Shown here piece after piece: positions 1 through 14,077 of a stretch of DNA of 28,041 nucleotides. The stretch comes from Paramecium tetraurelia. Taxonomy: Eukaryota. Every line of letters starts with the position of its first letter. The first letter of the stretch is position 1. The position numbers were made by a program, and so were the translations under genes. Location of the stretch: assembly GCA_000165425.1 (NCBI GenBank), contig CT868657.1, forward strand, positions 332,205 through 360,245, read 5' to 3'. The notes below the pieces were generated by a model. The model was not told where the DNA came from, searched no databases, and saw nothing but the letters and a program-made list of their open reading frames with translations.

Positions 1-2079
1 ACGACGATGGAAATGGAAAATTCGATGTAGATTCTTAAATTAGACATTTAGTTTATTGGAAGTGCCGAAACTACACTAGCCAATATAGCAGGAGCCAGGG
101 ATCAATTATTGATGTTAAATTTAAGCAATGGACATAAGAAAACAGGAGTGCTTGTAGTCAGAGCAGATTAGGTTAGAATGATAAATGATAAAATCATCAT
201 GTAAATAAGTACTATCTAAATATTACATTCAATTTAGGTGCTGATAACATACCAAACACAAGGTTTTTACCTTGGCATACCACATCCCCCTTTTTCAGAC
301 TCTATCGAATAAGGAAGGATACTAATTAATAACTCTTAGTTTATGAGAGTGAACCTCTTAAAAGCACTTTAAAACCAGTCTGGAAGAGAGTGGATATATA
401 ATCTTAGAAATTATGCAATGGAGATTATTATATGCCTATCAAAATTGAAGTTTGGGATTACAGAAGCTCTGGAAATCATGAGCATATTTGTTCTACTGAA
501 TTTTCAGTAGATGAATTATAAGGAAAGCCGATGTTTAAAAAAATATTATTTGATAAAAACAAAAAGCAATCCGGTCAAATTTGTTTCAATGAAGTAACAA
601 TCTATATTAACTAAATTCTAGTTTAAATTAATTGAAAAACCTAGTTTCTTAGACTATTTGTAAAGTGGAACTTAAATCAACTTAATTGCTGCCATTGATT
701 TCACAGCCTCCAATCAATCTCCTAAAAATCCCAGTTCACTTCATTATATTGATGATTAATATCATAGAATGAACCAATATCAATAAGCACTATTGTCTGT
801 TGGAGAAATCCTATTGAATTATGATCACGACAAAAAAGTACCAATCTTTGGCTTTGGATGTAAACCAAGACTCCACAATTTGAACACCCCTTAGACTCTG
901 CATTGCTTCCCTTTAAATGGGAATCCTCAAGATCCAGAAGTATTGCAGATGGATGGAATTATGCAAGCCTATAATTATGCAGTGAGGAATGTTCAATTTG
1001 ATGGTCCCACCTATTTCAATCCGATCATCCAAGAATCCATGAGAATAGCATAGACTTGTAAAGACATGGCTTCTAATACATACTTTGTATTATTTATTTT
1101 AACTGATGGAGAAATTCATGATATGAAGGTATATTTTAATCTCAAAATCTTATAGCAAACTATTGATTCCATCGTAGCATCCTCTCATCTTCCATTATCT
1201 ATTATAATTGTTGGAGTTGGAGATGCAGACTTCACCAATATGTCTATTTTGGATGATGATGATGGCAATCTACATGATTCCTTTGGAAGGAGAACTTAAA
1301 GAGATTTGGTCTAATTTGTACCATTCAATTAATTTAAAAATAATCCAGAACTCTTAGCCAAAAATGTCTTACAAGAATTGCCAGATCAATTAGTTAATTA
1401 CATGCTCCTGGTCGGTAGAAAGCCTGGACCCAAAAATTGTAATATTTATCATCTATTCTCTTTAGTAATTAATTTAGGATAATTTGATGTCAATTAATAT
1501 TCATAGCAATATGGCTTATAATAGTAGATTATGCAACCCAATTAATTACCATAATAGTAATAATCAGTACCTTAAATCCCTCAATAATCATCCTTTACCA
1601 ACATACCACCACCACAGTAATTTTAATAACCTCCACCTCCATAGCAATATTAGCAACCACCTCCTCCATAGTAATATTAATAACCACCTCCCCCATATAC
1701 TTAACCTTAATAAATATACCAGCCACAATAGCCGCCTTATCCTTCATAATAATTAAGTTAATATCCTAACCAATAACAATCAACCTATCCTTAATAATAA
1801 TAAATGTACCCTCCTCCTAATTATTAATAGTAATAATAAGGATATCCCCCCTAATAAGCTGGATTCTAATCTAAATTTATCTAAGGACTTGCCAACACTA
1901 ATTTCTTAGGATAACATATTAATGATGCTTAATAATAGTAACTCAATCAACAGATGCCCCAATTTTAGTATCCCCCTTAAGAACCAGAGAACCCTATAGG
2001 AATGCAACCCTAACCAAATTAATATTAATAAGCAAAGTAACCTCCTCCCTATGTACCCGATAACCCTTACGGATTATGA
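1..2079 (+). CDS. Copine (C2 domains + vWA domain) with Pro/Gln/Tyr-rich C-terminal tail; 5' end lies outside the window
   Basis: Ciliate-code translation with introns at 209-237, 594-621, 1129-1155 and 1439-1465 gives IKIEVWDY (C2), PSFLDYLQSGTQINLIAAIDFTASN, SLHYI, YDHDKKVPIFGFG, GPTYFNP, YFVLFILTDGEIHD, LPLSIIIVGVGDADF and RDLVQFVPF, which are copine vWA motifs. Stop TGA at 2077-2079. Confidence 0.95.
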
Positions 2080-2464
2080 TATATTCATTTTATATCAATC
2101 ATAATTAAATATTTCATTTTAACCAATTCTTCTAAATCGAATATACGGTGTATTCATGATATTTTATAATAATAAAGAATAACTATTCCCATTCTCAAAC
2201 GTCTTATACATTTAAGACTAATACTTTATTTTATTATTAATAAAAAAAGAATCATACTGGAGGGCTCAAGAATTGTAGTGTTAATGGTTATAATATTCTT
2301 ATAAACTACATAATATTGCTATTAGATTAAAAAGTTATAAAAACTGTAATTGTTATTAAATATAGAGAAAGACAAAGATTGAATTCTGATAGAGTAATAT
2401 AATGATAATGTAAAATTACTCAAATATCGTAACTAAGTCATATGCACAAAAACATTTATTAAAT

Positions 2465-4090
2465 TCAATCTTGTATTTTATATATTGTTTTAGCATTTCT
2501 TTTATCAAATCGATTGCTGAGTCTTAAGGTCTAGCTTATCTATTTTTATAATTTCTTATTGTTGGCTTCATCTAAAAATGAGTTTTCAGTATAAGATGCA
2601 ACTATTTGTTGTAGAGTACCTCTTTTTTCTGGTAGATTTTGTAAAATCCATACTAATTTATTCCTCATTTTATTGTCGTCCTCCCCTCTATCTTAATAAT
2701 TCTCATTTAGACCAAAGTACCCCTTTATTTTCCTAATAAATTGGCTTCTATTATTGGATAGAGTTATTGAGATCGATCTCAAACAAGCCGAATCTTCGGA
2801 TAGTTATCCATTGAAGAAGTTTTGATTAATAGATTCAATAACCTTCTATTTGGTTCCACATTTGCCTTCCAACTATTGCAGGGTTATCTTAATCATATCT
2901 TCTACAGTATAGTCATATTTAGTGCTGATTCTTTACATCTTTAATTATTCCTTTGAGGGATCATCCTTCATACTCTAACTTCTCACATCACTCAATTGAT
3001 CTTAGACATTCTTTTTTAGCTTTTGTATTTTGGATTGCACAGAATACCAAGTTCTACCCAATTACTTTGACAAATCTTAGATTTATTGATTAGTAATTGA
3101 ACTATTTTGGTAAGTATTTATAAAGTTTTGCAAGGTTTCCATTTCCTTATTTGACCAAGTCTTTCTTCCTTTCTTTTCAATGGCTTCATTTACAATGCTT
3201 AAAGCACTTTATTATTGACTCTATTAATTGACAGCATGCTATTATTATTCAACTGATTATATTGATTATGCTTTATACTACTCTTTGTTAATGTCTACAT
3301 GATGTTACTTCTATGAAAAAGGTTGTTATTGAAATTAGGTTTTCTATAATTTACAATCTTATAGTAATTGCTATTGATTTTCTACTTGCATTTATTGCGT
3401 GAGACCTTCAAGTTTGAGCAATTCAAAACACCATGAGCTATCAGCCTTGTGAATTAAATTGAAGGTCTCTTAGATGAACTCAATCCCTAAAGAGCAAACA
3501 AATGCCATGAATTGTTTAACATCTAATCTAAAATTATAGTCGTAAACAATACATACCGTTTTTATTTTCTGTACAATTTTAACTTATTGATAGTTCGGAT
3601 GTATTGGGAATAGAAGGATTTGAAAACTTGGGGTTGAGATAGAGATTGCTCCAAAAAAGTAAAATTGTCAATGTTATTTAAAGCATCCTAAATTTAAATA
3701 ACCATTATTGTTTACATTATACTTTTATTATTCCAAGAATACGTTTTATCTCTCAATAGCCTGAGAAATTAGTGTGTCTATTTCTTCCATAAAGGAAGGC
3801 AAACTCTGAGACATCTTGCGTTAAGGTCTCATTCTTGGCTCGTGTTGAACCTCTTATTGCTTTTAAACAAATTAATTAACTTCAGGCTCAGCATTAAAAA
3901 ATTTATGAAGCCTAAAGTTTTTAATTTCTGGCTGCTCTATTTGAATATGCTGAGGAAAGTTTTCATTTTCATCCTCATCCAAATCGTATTACCCCAAAGT
4001 TACAAAGCAATCAATCTTTTAAAACAAGGGCTAAGGACTCTACAATGCTAAAAACTCATCTTCCATCTCAATCCCCTGTCTATTATCCAT
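2465..4090 (-). CDS. Putative DNA/chromatin-binding protein: single Myb/SANT-like repeat followed by two winged-helix-like repeats
   Basis: Continuous frame from ATG 4090 to TGA 2465 with two short introns (about 3687-3714 and 3527-3555). Contains KKGRKTWSNKEMETL...LSKQLGRTWYSVQSKIQKL (Myb-like), then MIKITLQQLEGKCGTKQKVIESI...SISITLS and KLVWILQNLPEKRGTLQQIV...ISQTLRLSNRF. The gene is well supported; the domain calls are inference. Confidence 0.8.
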
Positions 4091-5338
4091 TTAATTTAAT
4101 ATTAAATTGTTTTTGTATACTATCTCATATTACAGCTTTTATTTTCATGAATTGGAGTGTAAATGCAAATGAAGAAATCACTATTGCACAAAAATAATAG
4201 CGTTACCATTATTAAAATAGAATAACATGATCAAATACTAATGCTATTAATACAATCTTATTACATTTATTGACACCCTAAGAGTATTTAGTAGATAGTC
4301 AATTCAATTTATTAATTTTAATTATTCAGAGTTTGATTTTCATCCTAATCCTTATTCTCAAGTGCTTTGAAATCCCTCGAAATATAAATTATCAATTTCA
4401 TCTTTATATTTTTAAACCTAGAATATCCAAATGTATTAAATATAAGAAAATTGAATTATTCTCATTCTACTGCAGATGGATTTAATTTCATTTATTCTAT
4501 TCATTTAGAAATGAAGATATCTCAAACTATAATCCTTTAAATTTGATACCTTGTATCTATTTTATTTACGAACTATTAATTATAAACTATTATTTAAAAC
4601 TGCCTCGTTTACATGAAGTCAGTAAAAATGACAATTGTTAATAACTAATATGATATCCAAAAATTTAATCCAAATTAATCTTTTAAGTTATAAAAGAAAT
4701 TAAGCTTATAAATTGAATTGGAAGATGAAGGATAAAATTGTTATGTACTATCAATAGAAATTTACATCTAATGTAGCCAAAACCTTAAGATATAGTAGCT
4801 GCAAATTACCTATATAAAGAAATTTCATTTAAAAGACTAAAAAGAAATTTGTTCATCCATTGAAACAATTTTATATAACATCATTAAATTATATATAATT
4901 CTCTGAAGGTATTTCCATAAACCAATACTTATATTATAATACTAATTCAATATAGTTGCGATCATATTTATTACACCAGAAGTTATAATGATAAAATAAA
5001 TAGCATATATTATTAGATTATAATAAAATGAAATCTATTATGCACAATTACTTCAGTTAAGTTAATTCTATCATATGATATTTTAGCTATTTATATGTTA
5101 TAGATAGATTCATTCAATTATAAAGTTATAAATGAATTACCAAATATTATTAAGAGATACCAATCAGTCGATTTCTGGCAATAATATTCTTACTTTATTC
5201 AATTAAAAAGTACAGATCAATTAATAAGAGAAATAAAGATCTTTAAAATAGAAGGATGATTATATATATTCACTTATTTTGAATATAAATATAAACATAA
5301 ACAATTTATTAAGTTAACTCTTTTATATAAAATGTTTA

Positions 5339-6530
5339 TCACTGCATTTTAGATTTCATAAAATCTTCTAGAACATCTAAATGTTCAGAATAGAACTACT
5401 TAATCATTCTTATGATATTTAGATTATTCATATCTTACAATCTCTTGGATGAATATGATGTCTTTATAATAAACTATATATTTACATAATAGTTATCGAT
5501 GTTCTCTTACAACTCATTAAATTCGGTCTATTAATGCTTCAACATCACTTACAATTCATCTTTTTATTTTTATAACTAATTGAGCTTCTCTTTAGTAATC
5601 TTAGCTATAGGTTCAATAGAAGCAATCTAATATTAAAGTAATACAAAACATCTAATTTCCATTATTCATTATCTTAAGTGAGACTTTGCTTAACATTTTC
5701 AATCAAGTCTTTTTTGGATTTAATCGTTGACTATAGTGATTTCTAGATTTCATTGACTAGATCTCTGCTTTTGGATACTGCATCGCTTATATTTCCGTTG
5801 CCCTGACTTTATTAAATTTAACCTTGCAATTAATTAAATTAGACTATACTTATAAGTAAGTTAAAAGGTGAGTCATCCGTATTTGTAGTTATAAATTCTT
5901 TGAGAATGGCTTCAGGATTCTCCTTTAAATGCTGTTTCTATCCATTCAATTTTTGAGGACTTGAAGGAATGAACTCATTGAAACTCTCAAGAAATAAGGC
6001 AAGTTCACTGTTTTCTAAATCAAATGCTGTTAACTTGTTGTTAGTGATGTGTGGAATACTTCATCTTTAAGCAATTGTTCTAATTGTGGGATTACTTGTC
6101 CCAATTCTAGGAGTAGATCCACTCTTTGCATTCTGATATCTTCTGATAATTTGGCTTCATTCGATAACAATAGTAATTCATCTGCTTGTAATGCTGAGGT
6201 AAACTTAGTAAGCATCATTTAGTATTTTAATTCTTATTTTTTTTATGAACCTAAATCAACAGAACCAACTACTTATTAATTATTCCTATTGATAGTCGTT
6301 CATATCATCAATTATCTCTGAAACCAATTTATCTTCCTCTTCATTTATATACACAAGAATTTCATAAGGAGCTAATACTGTTTTTGGGTATGATTACATT
6401 TTTTCTCAGTCAAGTACTATTTCATTTACTTTAAGATAGACATGCTGTATTCATTGTTTTTCACAGTCTCTAGCAGGGCACCTAATTCTTTAGAAATTAC
6501 TAATCCAATATAAATAAATATTAGAATCAT
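5339..6530 (-). CDS. Secreted coiled-coil protein, probable divergent trichocyst matrix protein (TMP/GRL-like)
   Basis: ATG 6530 starts a hydrophobic signal-like peptide MILIFIYIGLVISKE. The frame is maintained through 4-6 short introns. The body is acidic and heptad-like, about 350 aa, ending RLQDMNNLNIIRMIKQFYSEHLDVLEDFMKSKMQ*. Size and architecture resemble ciliate dense-core granule lattice precursors. Confidence 0.65.
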
Positions 6531-6724
6531 AAAATTATTAATTGATGTTTACGATAGCGATTCTTAAATCTATAAATACTACAATTAAACAATCTCTTAT
6601 AACTTGATTAATTGATAATATCATATTCAAATTGAGTTCCAAAACCTAAGAGAATGTATATCTATACATACAAATTGGTTGAGAACATAAAATATTTATA
6701 TATAAATAAATTTAATTAATTAAT

Positions 6725-7505
6725 ATGGAGGAAAATGCCGTTGTAAGCCAACCGAAGGGCAAAACATAAATAGTACCAGCAGCAGGAAAATCAAGAGATG
6801 AAATGAGAATATTCTTATTTGAATTCTTTGGAATGGCATTATTTGCATATGGGTATTAATCAAATTAATTTAGAATCATATGTTCATAAGGTTCAGATGA
6901 ATTTTTAGCTTTGTTTTTCTTCGCATCAGTTTGTTTGGCTGCTCCATTTTCAGGAGCACATGTAAACCCTGCTGTTACATTAGCAATGCTGTTGTCAAGA
7001 AGAATCAACTTTGCCTAAGCAGTGATATATTGGTTGGCTCAATTCTCAGGAGCATTGTGTGGAGCTTGCTGTTGCTATCTAATTTTGAATGAAGTAGACA
7101 GCCCTGAAGTTAAGAGTACTGATTACTCATGGATATTATCGGATGTAAGCGGAGAAGCATTTGGAACATTTACCTTCATCTTATTCATACTCATCCAAAC
7201 CGACCCAGAAACCACTTTAACCCCAGGAGGACAACCTATGACCACTTATGTCTTAGTTGCTTTAGCATTGTACTTTTCAAGAGAATTCACATTTCATTCA
7301 GGAGGTATGAAATATAGATAGCTAATAAATAGGATGCTTAAACCCAGGCATGGCAGTTTCCTTATAATTATTTTAATCATTTTAAACAGGAGATCGTTAA
7401 AGAATGGATTTCTTATGGGTTTATGTGGGTGGTCCGTTAGGAGGAGGATTTGGAGCAAGTGTATTTTTTGAACTTTTTTATAAGAAATAGATAAAAAGAC
7501 TCTGA
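6725..7505 (+). CDS. Aquaporin / major intrinsic protein (MIP family)
   Basis: FLFEFFGMALF (TM1), SGAHVNPAVT (loop B), GEAFGTFTFI (TM4) and SGGCLNPGM (loop E), WVYVGGPLGG. Introns at about 6853-6873 and 7305-7332. TGA at 7503-7505. Confidence 0.95.
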
Positions 7506-7716
7506 TATTATAAATAATTTAATGAATAATAATTTAGTGAAATTCATTTGCCCAATTACTAAAGAGGTATTAATACGATAGGGACAATTCTATGTTTCAA
7601 GTATCGGCATAAAATATCCAATTAAGAATGGAATCCCTTGCTTTACCAAAAGAGATGTTACTAAGGATTGACACATCAATTAATAAATGAATATTATTCA
7701 ATAATTTATTTAAATA

Positions 7717-10244
7717 TCATTTTAACATTATCGACTGTCTCATATTCTATATTTTATCCTTTTAAATTATCTGAACATTTTTGAATTCCTAATAATTATT
7801 GCTATTGTATTTTCTGTAATAATTCTTGTAATTAGCAGGTGCATCAAATTATTCCACTCCAGTCTTGATTGTTGGTTACACTATCTTTTGATACTCAGCC
7901 ATCACATTCTCACGTTTTTATGATTAAGATTGATTAGGATTTTCCATGACTCTTGAACTCAATAGAGCTGATTGTTACATACCAGATTGAGTCAAGGCTT
8001 GAATTGCAAAGTTTTTCAATTATGAACTCTACTATTATCTTTAAGGTATCTCATTATCATTCGATTGAATATTCAGATTCTAACTCTCTGTCATTTCATC
8101 CACCATTGGATTTGCTGCCTATTCTTCATCTAAACTCTTAAATTCTTTGACTTGCCATTGAGGAATCAAGGGTCTATCTATTTTAATTGTATTTTTCTTT
8201 AGAGCTCTCTGTGTTTTGAGCATTAGATTAGCCTTCTTTTTCAATTTGTTATTGCTTAACCCCTTGATCAAAGTTGTTGCATTAGCTCTGGTAGCCCATT
8301 GCTTCCTATCAAATCTCTAAATTTTCACTCTATCCTATTTAAGGTCCAACACTGTAGATTCTTCAATTAATTCTTAAACCAATGGTATGTAATGAGTCTT
8401 TGGACATTAATCAGCATAATGTTCAGAACTGCCACAAGTGTAACATTGCTATTCTACTAGGTTGTATTCTTTGGTGAATAGTAACTTATCCCTTATTTGA
8501 CAATACATCTCAAAATCTTCCGGGAATTTCCTTAGTGTTTCTAAAAAGTCAGCTCTAGTGATTGCATAAACCTATGTATATTCTTTAGCATTTACGGTAC
8601 CAGTTCTTGGAAAACCTAAAATTATAATCACCAACAATAATAACCTGTAAAGAATGACCACTCTCCAAAATAGCTATACAATCCTAATTTCTTTTTAATG
8701 ATTTCACTATTTCCTGGTTTTACAATAACTGAACCTCCCACAATGTAAAAAATGCTTAAATCGTCAGTTTGTTCTGTAGATCCTACACCAATAATCTCAT
8801 CTCCTTATGAAAAAGATTGTTCTCTAATCTTCTATGCTAATTCTTTGAGAAAAGGCTTTGTGAAATGATTAGCAAACATAGTTCTTTAGAGAAACTATCC
8901 TAAAGATTGATACATCAATTCCTATTTTAATTCAGGTGCTAGAATCTCAAATACTTATTGTTCACTTTCCTAGTCTCTGCTTCCTTCTTCAGCCCAATGT
9001 TCATTGATGTATTATCTTATACGTTCCCTTAATTCAGAAGGCACATTTTTTTATTCCATAAATTTATTGATAGACACCTAAAATTCAAGCTTAGATATAC
9101 CTTTTATTTGAACCGTTGCATGTAATACGAGTTGTATTCTTCCATCATCTTTTAAAAGTTATTGATATTCAAAGCAAAGACAACGACAGCAAACATGACT
9201 CCAAAGAGAGCAAACGAACATTCGTAGATATTCATAGGAGACTAACATATAGATTAATAATAGTTTTACGATATCACCAAAACCCATGGTGGTAGAGAGC
9301 ACATTCAAGCTGAAATAGAATGAATAAAAGTATATTTCATGAATTGATTTGTCTTTGATCACTCCAAAATTACCTGGTACATTGAGCCATGTGTTAATAT
9401 GTATGTTGTCACCGTAGATGCCTAACACATACCAAATGCAACAATAAAAGTTGAAACAGAAGAACATAAATATAAGCATTTTTGTGATTTGATAGAATGT
9501 TCTTAATCTTTTATGGAGTAATATCAATTCTGCAATTTGATGATCAATTCTAAGTAGAGAAGGCAATTTGAAATAGAACATAAAGAAGATGAATCTAAGA
9601 TGATTAGTATCAACTGCTAATCTAACAACACAGGAGAATAACTAGGATTAAAAAATAAATGTCTACAGCAACGCAATCAAAAACAAAATAACCATAAAAA
9701 TAGTGCATGGCTATCTTTCTTTTATCCAATACAAGATTTCCATGTTTATAGTATGAAGTTACAAAATCAAGGAGCATGTCTGTTAAAAGTATTATAAAGA
9801 TTCCATAAAATAAAGTATATCGTCCAGCTGGATTTATGAGTTCCTTGGATTATATGCATTGAATACCTTCCAAAATTCCTCGCCATACATTACATAGATT
9901 GGCACTTCGAAAAAGACGAAGAGTGTAGTAATGGCTACAAATATCTTCCAAGGCCAAACTCGTTTTGGCAGAATGACAGGAAGCCAAGATAAGTATTCTT
10001 CGAAAAAATTGCTATCACTTTGCCCATGTTCATCATTGAGATTATCGTCATAGATTTTAAGGACTCGCTAAATCTTTTCTTATTCTTCTTGCATCACATT
10101 CTTTTCATGAAATTATTCAAGTTTCCACTTCACTGTTTTATTTAAAGTGCGGCTTCTTGATCTTTACTCGATTGACATTGAAGATACATCGGACAATAGT
10201 GAGTCCTATAAAGAGTATTATTCTTGCATCTCAAATGAAGTCAT
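7717..10244 (-). CDS. Six-TM K+ channel with cyclic-nucleotide-binding domain (KCNH/CNG-like ciliate family)
   Basis: Pore YFYSFYFSLNVLSTTMGFGDI|SPMNIYE, C-linker FMEQKNVPSELRERIRQY, CNBD YFGEWSFFTG|FPRTGTV, followed by CYTCGSSEHYADQC. ATG 10244, TGA 7717, at least 3 short introns. Confidence 0.93.
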
Positions 10245-10325
10245 GTAATAAATTGATTTATTTATTAATCTTATTTAGCGTCATTTTTATTTAATTTGTA
10301 TTGAAAGACTAATGATAAATAAATT

Positions 10326-11837
<1,512 letters not shown>

Positions 11838-11897
11838 AGAATGAGCAATTGATAATAAATAGTATAAATATAATTCAATAAATTTCTATTTAATAGC

Positions 11898-13644
11898 TCA
11901 TTTCTTTTTCTTTTAAGTTACTGCCTATTTGGCTTTAGTCTCGCAAAATGCTATATGCTTTTTAGCTGTTTCAGAATTGAACTTTCTGTTGCAGAATTTG
12001 CATTAAACTAAATCTTAAGTAGCATCCATAGCATTCTTCAATGATACTTATTCCTCCTTAGTTAACTACTCGCCTTTTCCTTACTTAATGATAGCTCTAA
12101 AGGCATCACTTTAGGCTTTCCATTTAGGCTTATCGCTCTTAGATTCCTTTTGCTTCTAAGCTTATTTTTATTGTTGTTATTATTGTTATTGTTATTATTA
12201 CTTCTTTGAAGGAGGAGGAGGAGGTCTATATGCTTCTTCTTCTTCATCTAACTATCTTTATTGCTAAGAATCAAACACTTTTCTTTTTTATTAGAATACT
12301 TTTTAACAAACCTAAATTTAAAATAATTAATACTTTTGCGTGCTTTTCTAATGCTTTCTTGTTAAACGATCTGCCACAACCTTCAGGACATTCATACAAT
12401 TTCTCATCTCCTGCTTCTTCCATAGGAGGCATTTAGGACTTTTATTAAATTGGTTATTGTATTTATTGCTGGGGTTATTGCATTTATTTTTAGTATTATG
12501 GTTATGATTGTTATTAGTATTGTGGTTATTATTACCTTGTCTTTATTGGTTATTCTTAGATTTATTATTGTTATTATTATTATTATTGCTATTAGTATTA
12601 TGCATATTATTGTTGTTACTATTATTATGGTCTTTGTTGTTATTATTATTATTACTACTATTATCCTCTTAAATCTTATTAACTATTCATGGGTTATTTC
12701 CCATTTTATTATTTGTGTTAAACTGGTTACTGTTAATATTCTTAATATTATTAATATTCAGAATATTATGTATTCTGGAATTAAACTTATGATGGAGCTT
12801 AAGGTGCTGTTCTTTGTTACTACTAAGCTTATTAATATTGTTAGTATTATCTTTATTGTTATTATTCTTGATTTTTTTATTATCTTTGGAACTATTCTTA
12901 TTGTTATTTCTATTCTTCATATTGTGCTTATTTTAACTGTGCTTATGATTTCACTGTTTAAGGTTATTGTGGCTGGGATTATTATTGATTTGATTAAGCT
13001 TATGGCCTCGAGGTTTATGTATTTTGAAGTGATAATCGAGTTTATTGTTACTATTGAGCAGGAGGTTATTGTTTATTATTAACCACATTTTATTATTATT
13101 GATTAGCGGTTTATTAAATATTCGGTTAAGCTTTAAAGTATTGTTGAGATTATGTGGGCTATGTGGTACTGGCTTACTTTGCATTTTGGAATTGCTTGTT
13201 CTGATTTATTTATAACTATGAATCCAGGGATGGCTTGCTTGTTGGAAGTGGTCTATCATCAAATTATCGTTAATCTTATATTCTTATCATCTCATTTGGA
13301 TTTGGTAATTATTAGGTGGGTTATGGTGACTTTCCTTTCTGCAATACTTTTGGTATTGGTCTTTCATCTATTTCGGATACCATAGGTTTATTTTCAGCAG
13401 TAGGTCGTTCGAATGTCGTTCTTTATGGAGATCTGCCAACTGTTTTTTTAGTCTAATCTTCTTGGGTTCGAACTGGAGCATTTGATAAATTTTGAAGTGG
13501 TTTAGCTGTAGCAGGACGCTCATTTACAACCGGTTTAAGGTTTGACAGGGTTGTACTCATCTAAGGCTTAAGTTGCTTACTAAATGCTTCATAAAGACTC
13601 TAAGAATGAAAATGAATGCATACTTATTTAGGTTATTTAGACAT
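11898..13644 (-). CDS. C2HC zinc-finger protein (ZC2HC1/FAM164-like) with long Gln/Pro/Asn-rich low-complexity region
   Basis: LYECPEGCGRSFNKKALEKHAK|VCQKVFQQKRKVFDS, PKWKAQSDAFR and LVQCKFCNRKFNSETAKKHIAFC. The Gln-rich middle is encoded by TAA/TAG/CAA. ATG 13644, TGA 11898. Confidence 0.9.
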
Positions 13645-14077
13645 TCTTTGTTGACTGTTTGAAAATTTAAAATATATTATTTCGTTAATAAATTAAAACT
13701 ATAATCAATACTTATGTAATATAATAATGATTTTCGAATCTTTAGAGGGAATAACAATTAGCTCTAACTCATATTTATTGAAATAAGGTGATTAATCGTT
13801 CAACTTAATTTTAGTTGTCATAAATTAATTTTCTTCTAAAAATCATCTCACAATTAATGTGATTTTCGATTAGCTCAGATTTTGATAAGAAATAACTATT
13901 TTTTAAATGATATTAGAATTAAGTGTATGAGATTCATCAAAAATGTATCTATTTAATAATTCCTTTAAAGAATTTTATAATTAATTAATAATTCCTTTAA
14001 ATATTGACAATAATAAAGAGTATTGAGCGTGTTAGATTACAAAATTATAATAATTATGAATTCAAAGTTTGATCCTT

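Noticed and set aside
1484..1756. Asn/His-rich ORF with apparent repeats
   Set aside because: It is an off-frame reading of the Pro/Gln-rich copine tail.
12450..13082. 210-aa very hydrophobic + strand ORF (also 12206-12436 and 13152-13385) resembling a membrane protein
   Set aside because: It is the antisense shadow of the Gln-rich (TAA/CAA/TAG) region of the minus-strand C2HC zinc-finger gene.
13600..13623. 24-nt stop-free putative first intron of the C2HC gene
   Set aside because: It cannot be distinguished from 8 coding codons without transcripts, and a single case is unremarkable.
13953..14001. 17-bp direct repeat TTAATAATTCCTTTAAA (13953-13969 and 13985-14001)
   Set aside because: Only two copies in very AT-rich intergenic DNA. 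Not CRISPR-like, and no element boundaries are seen.
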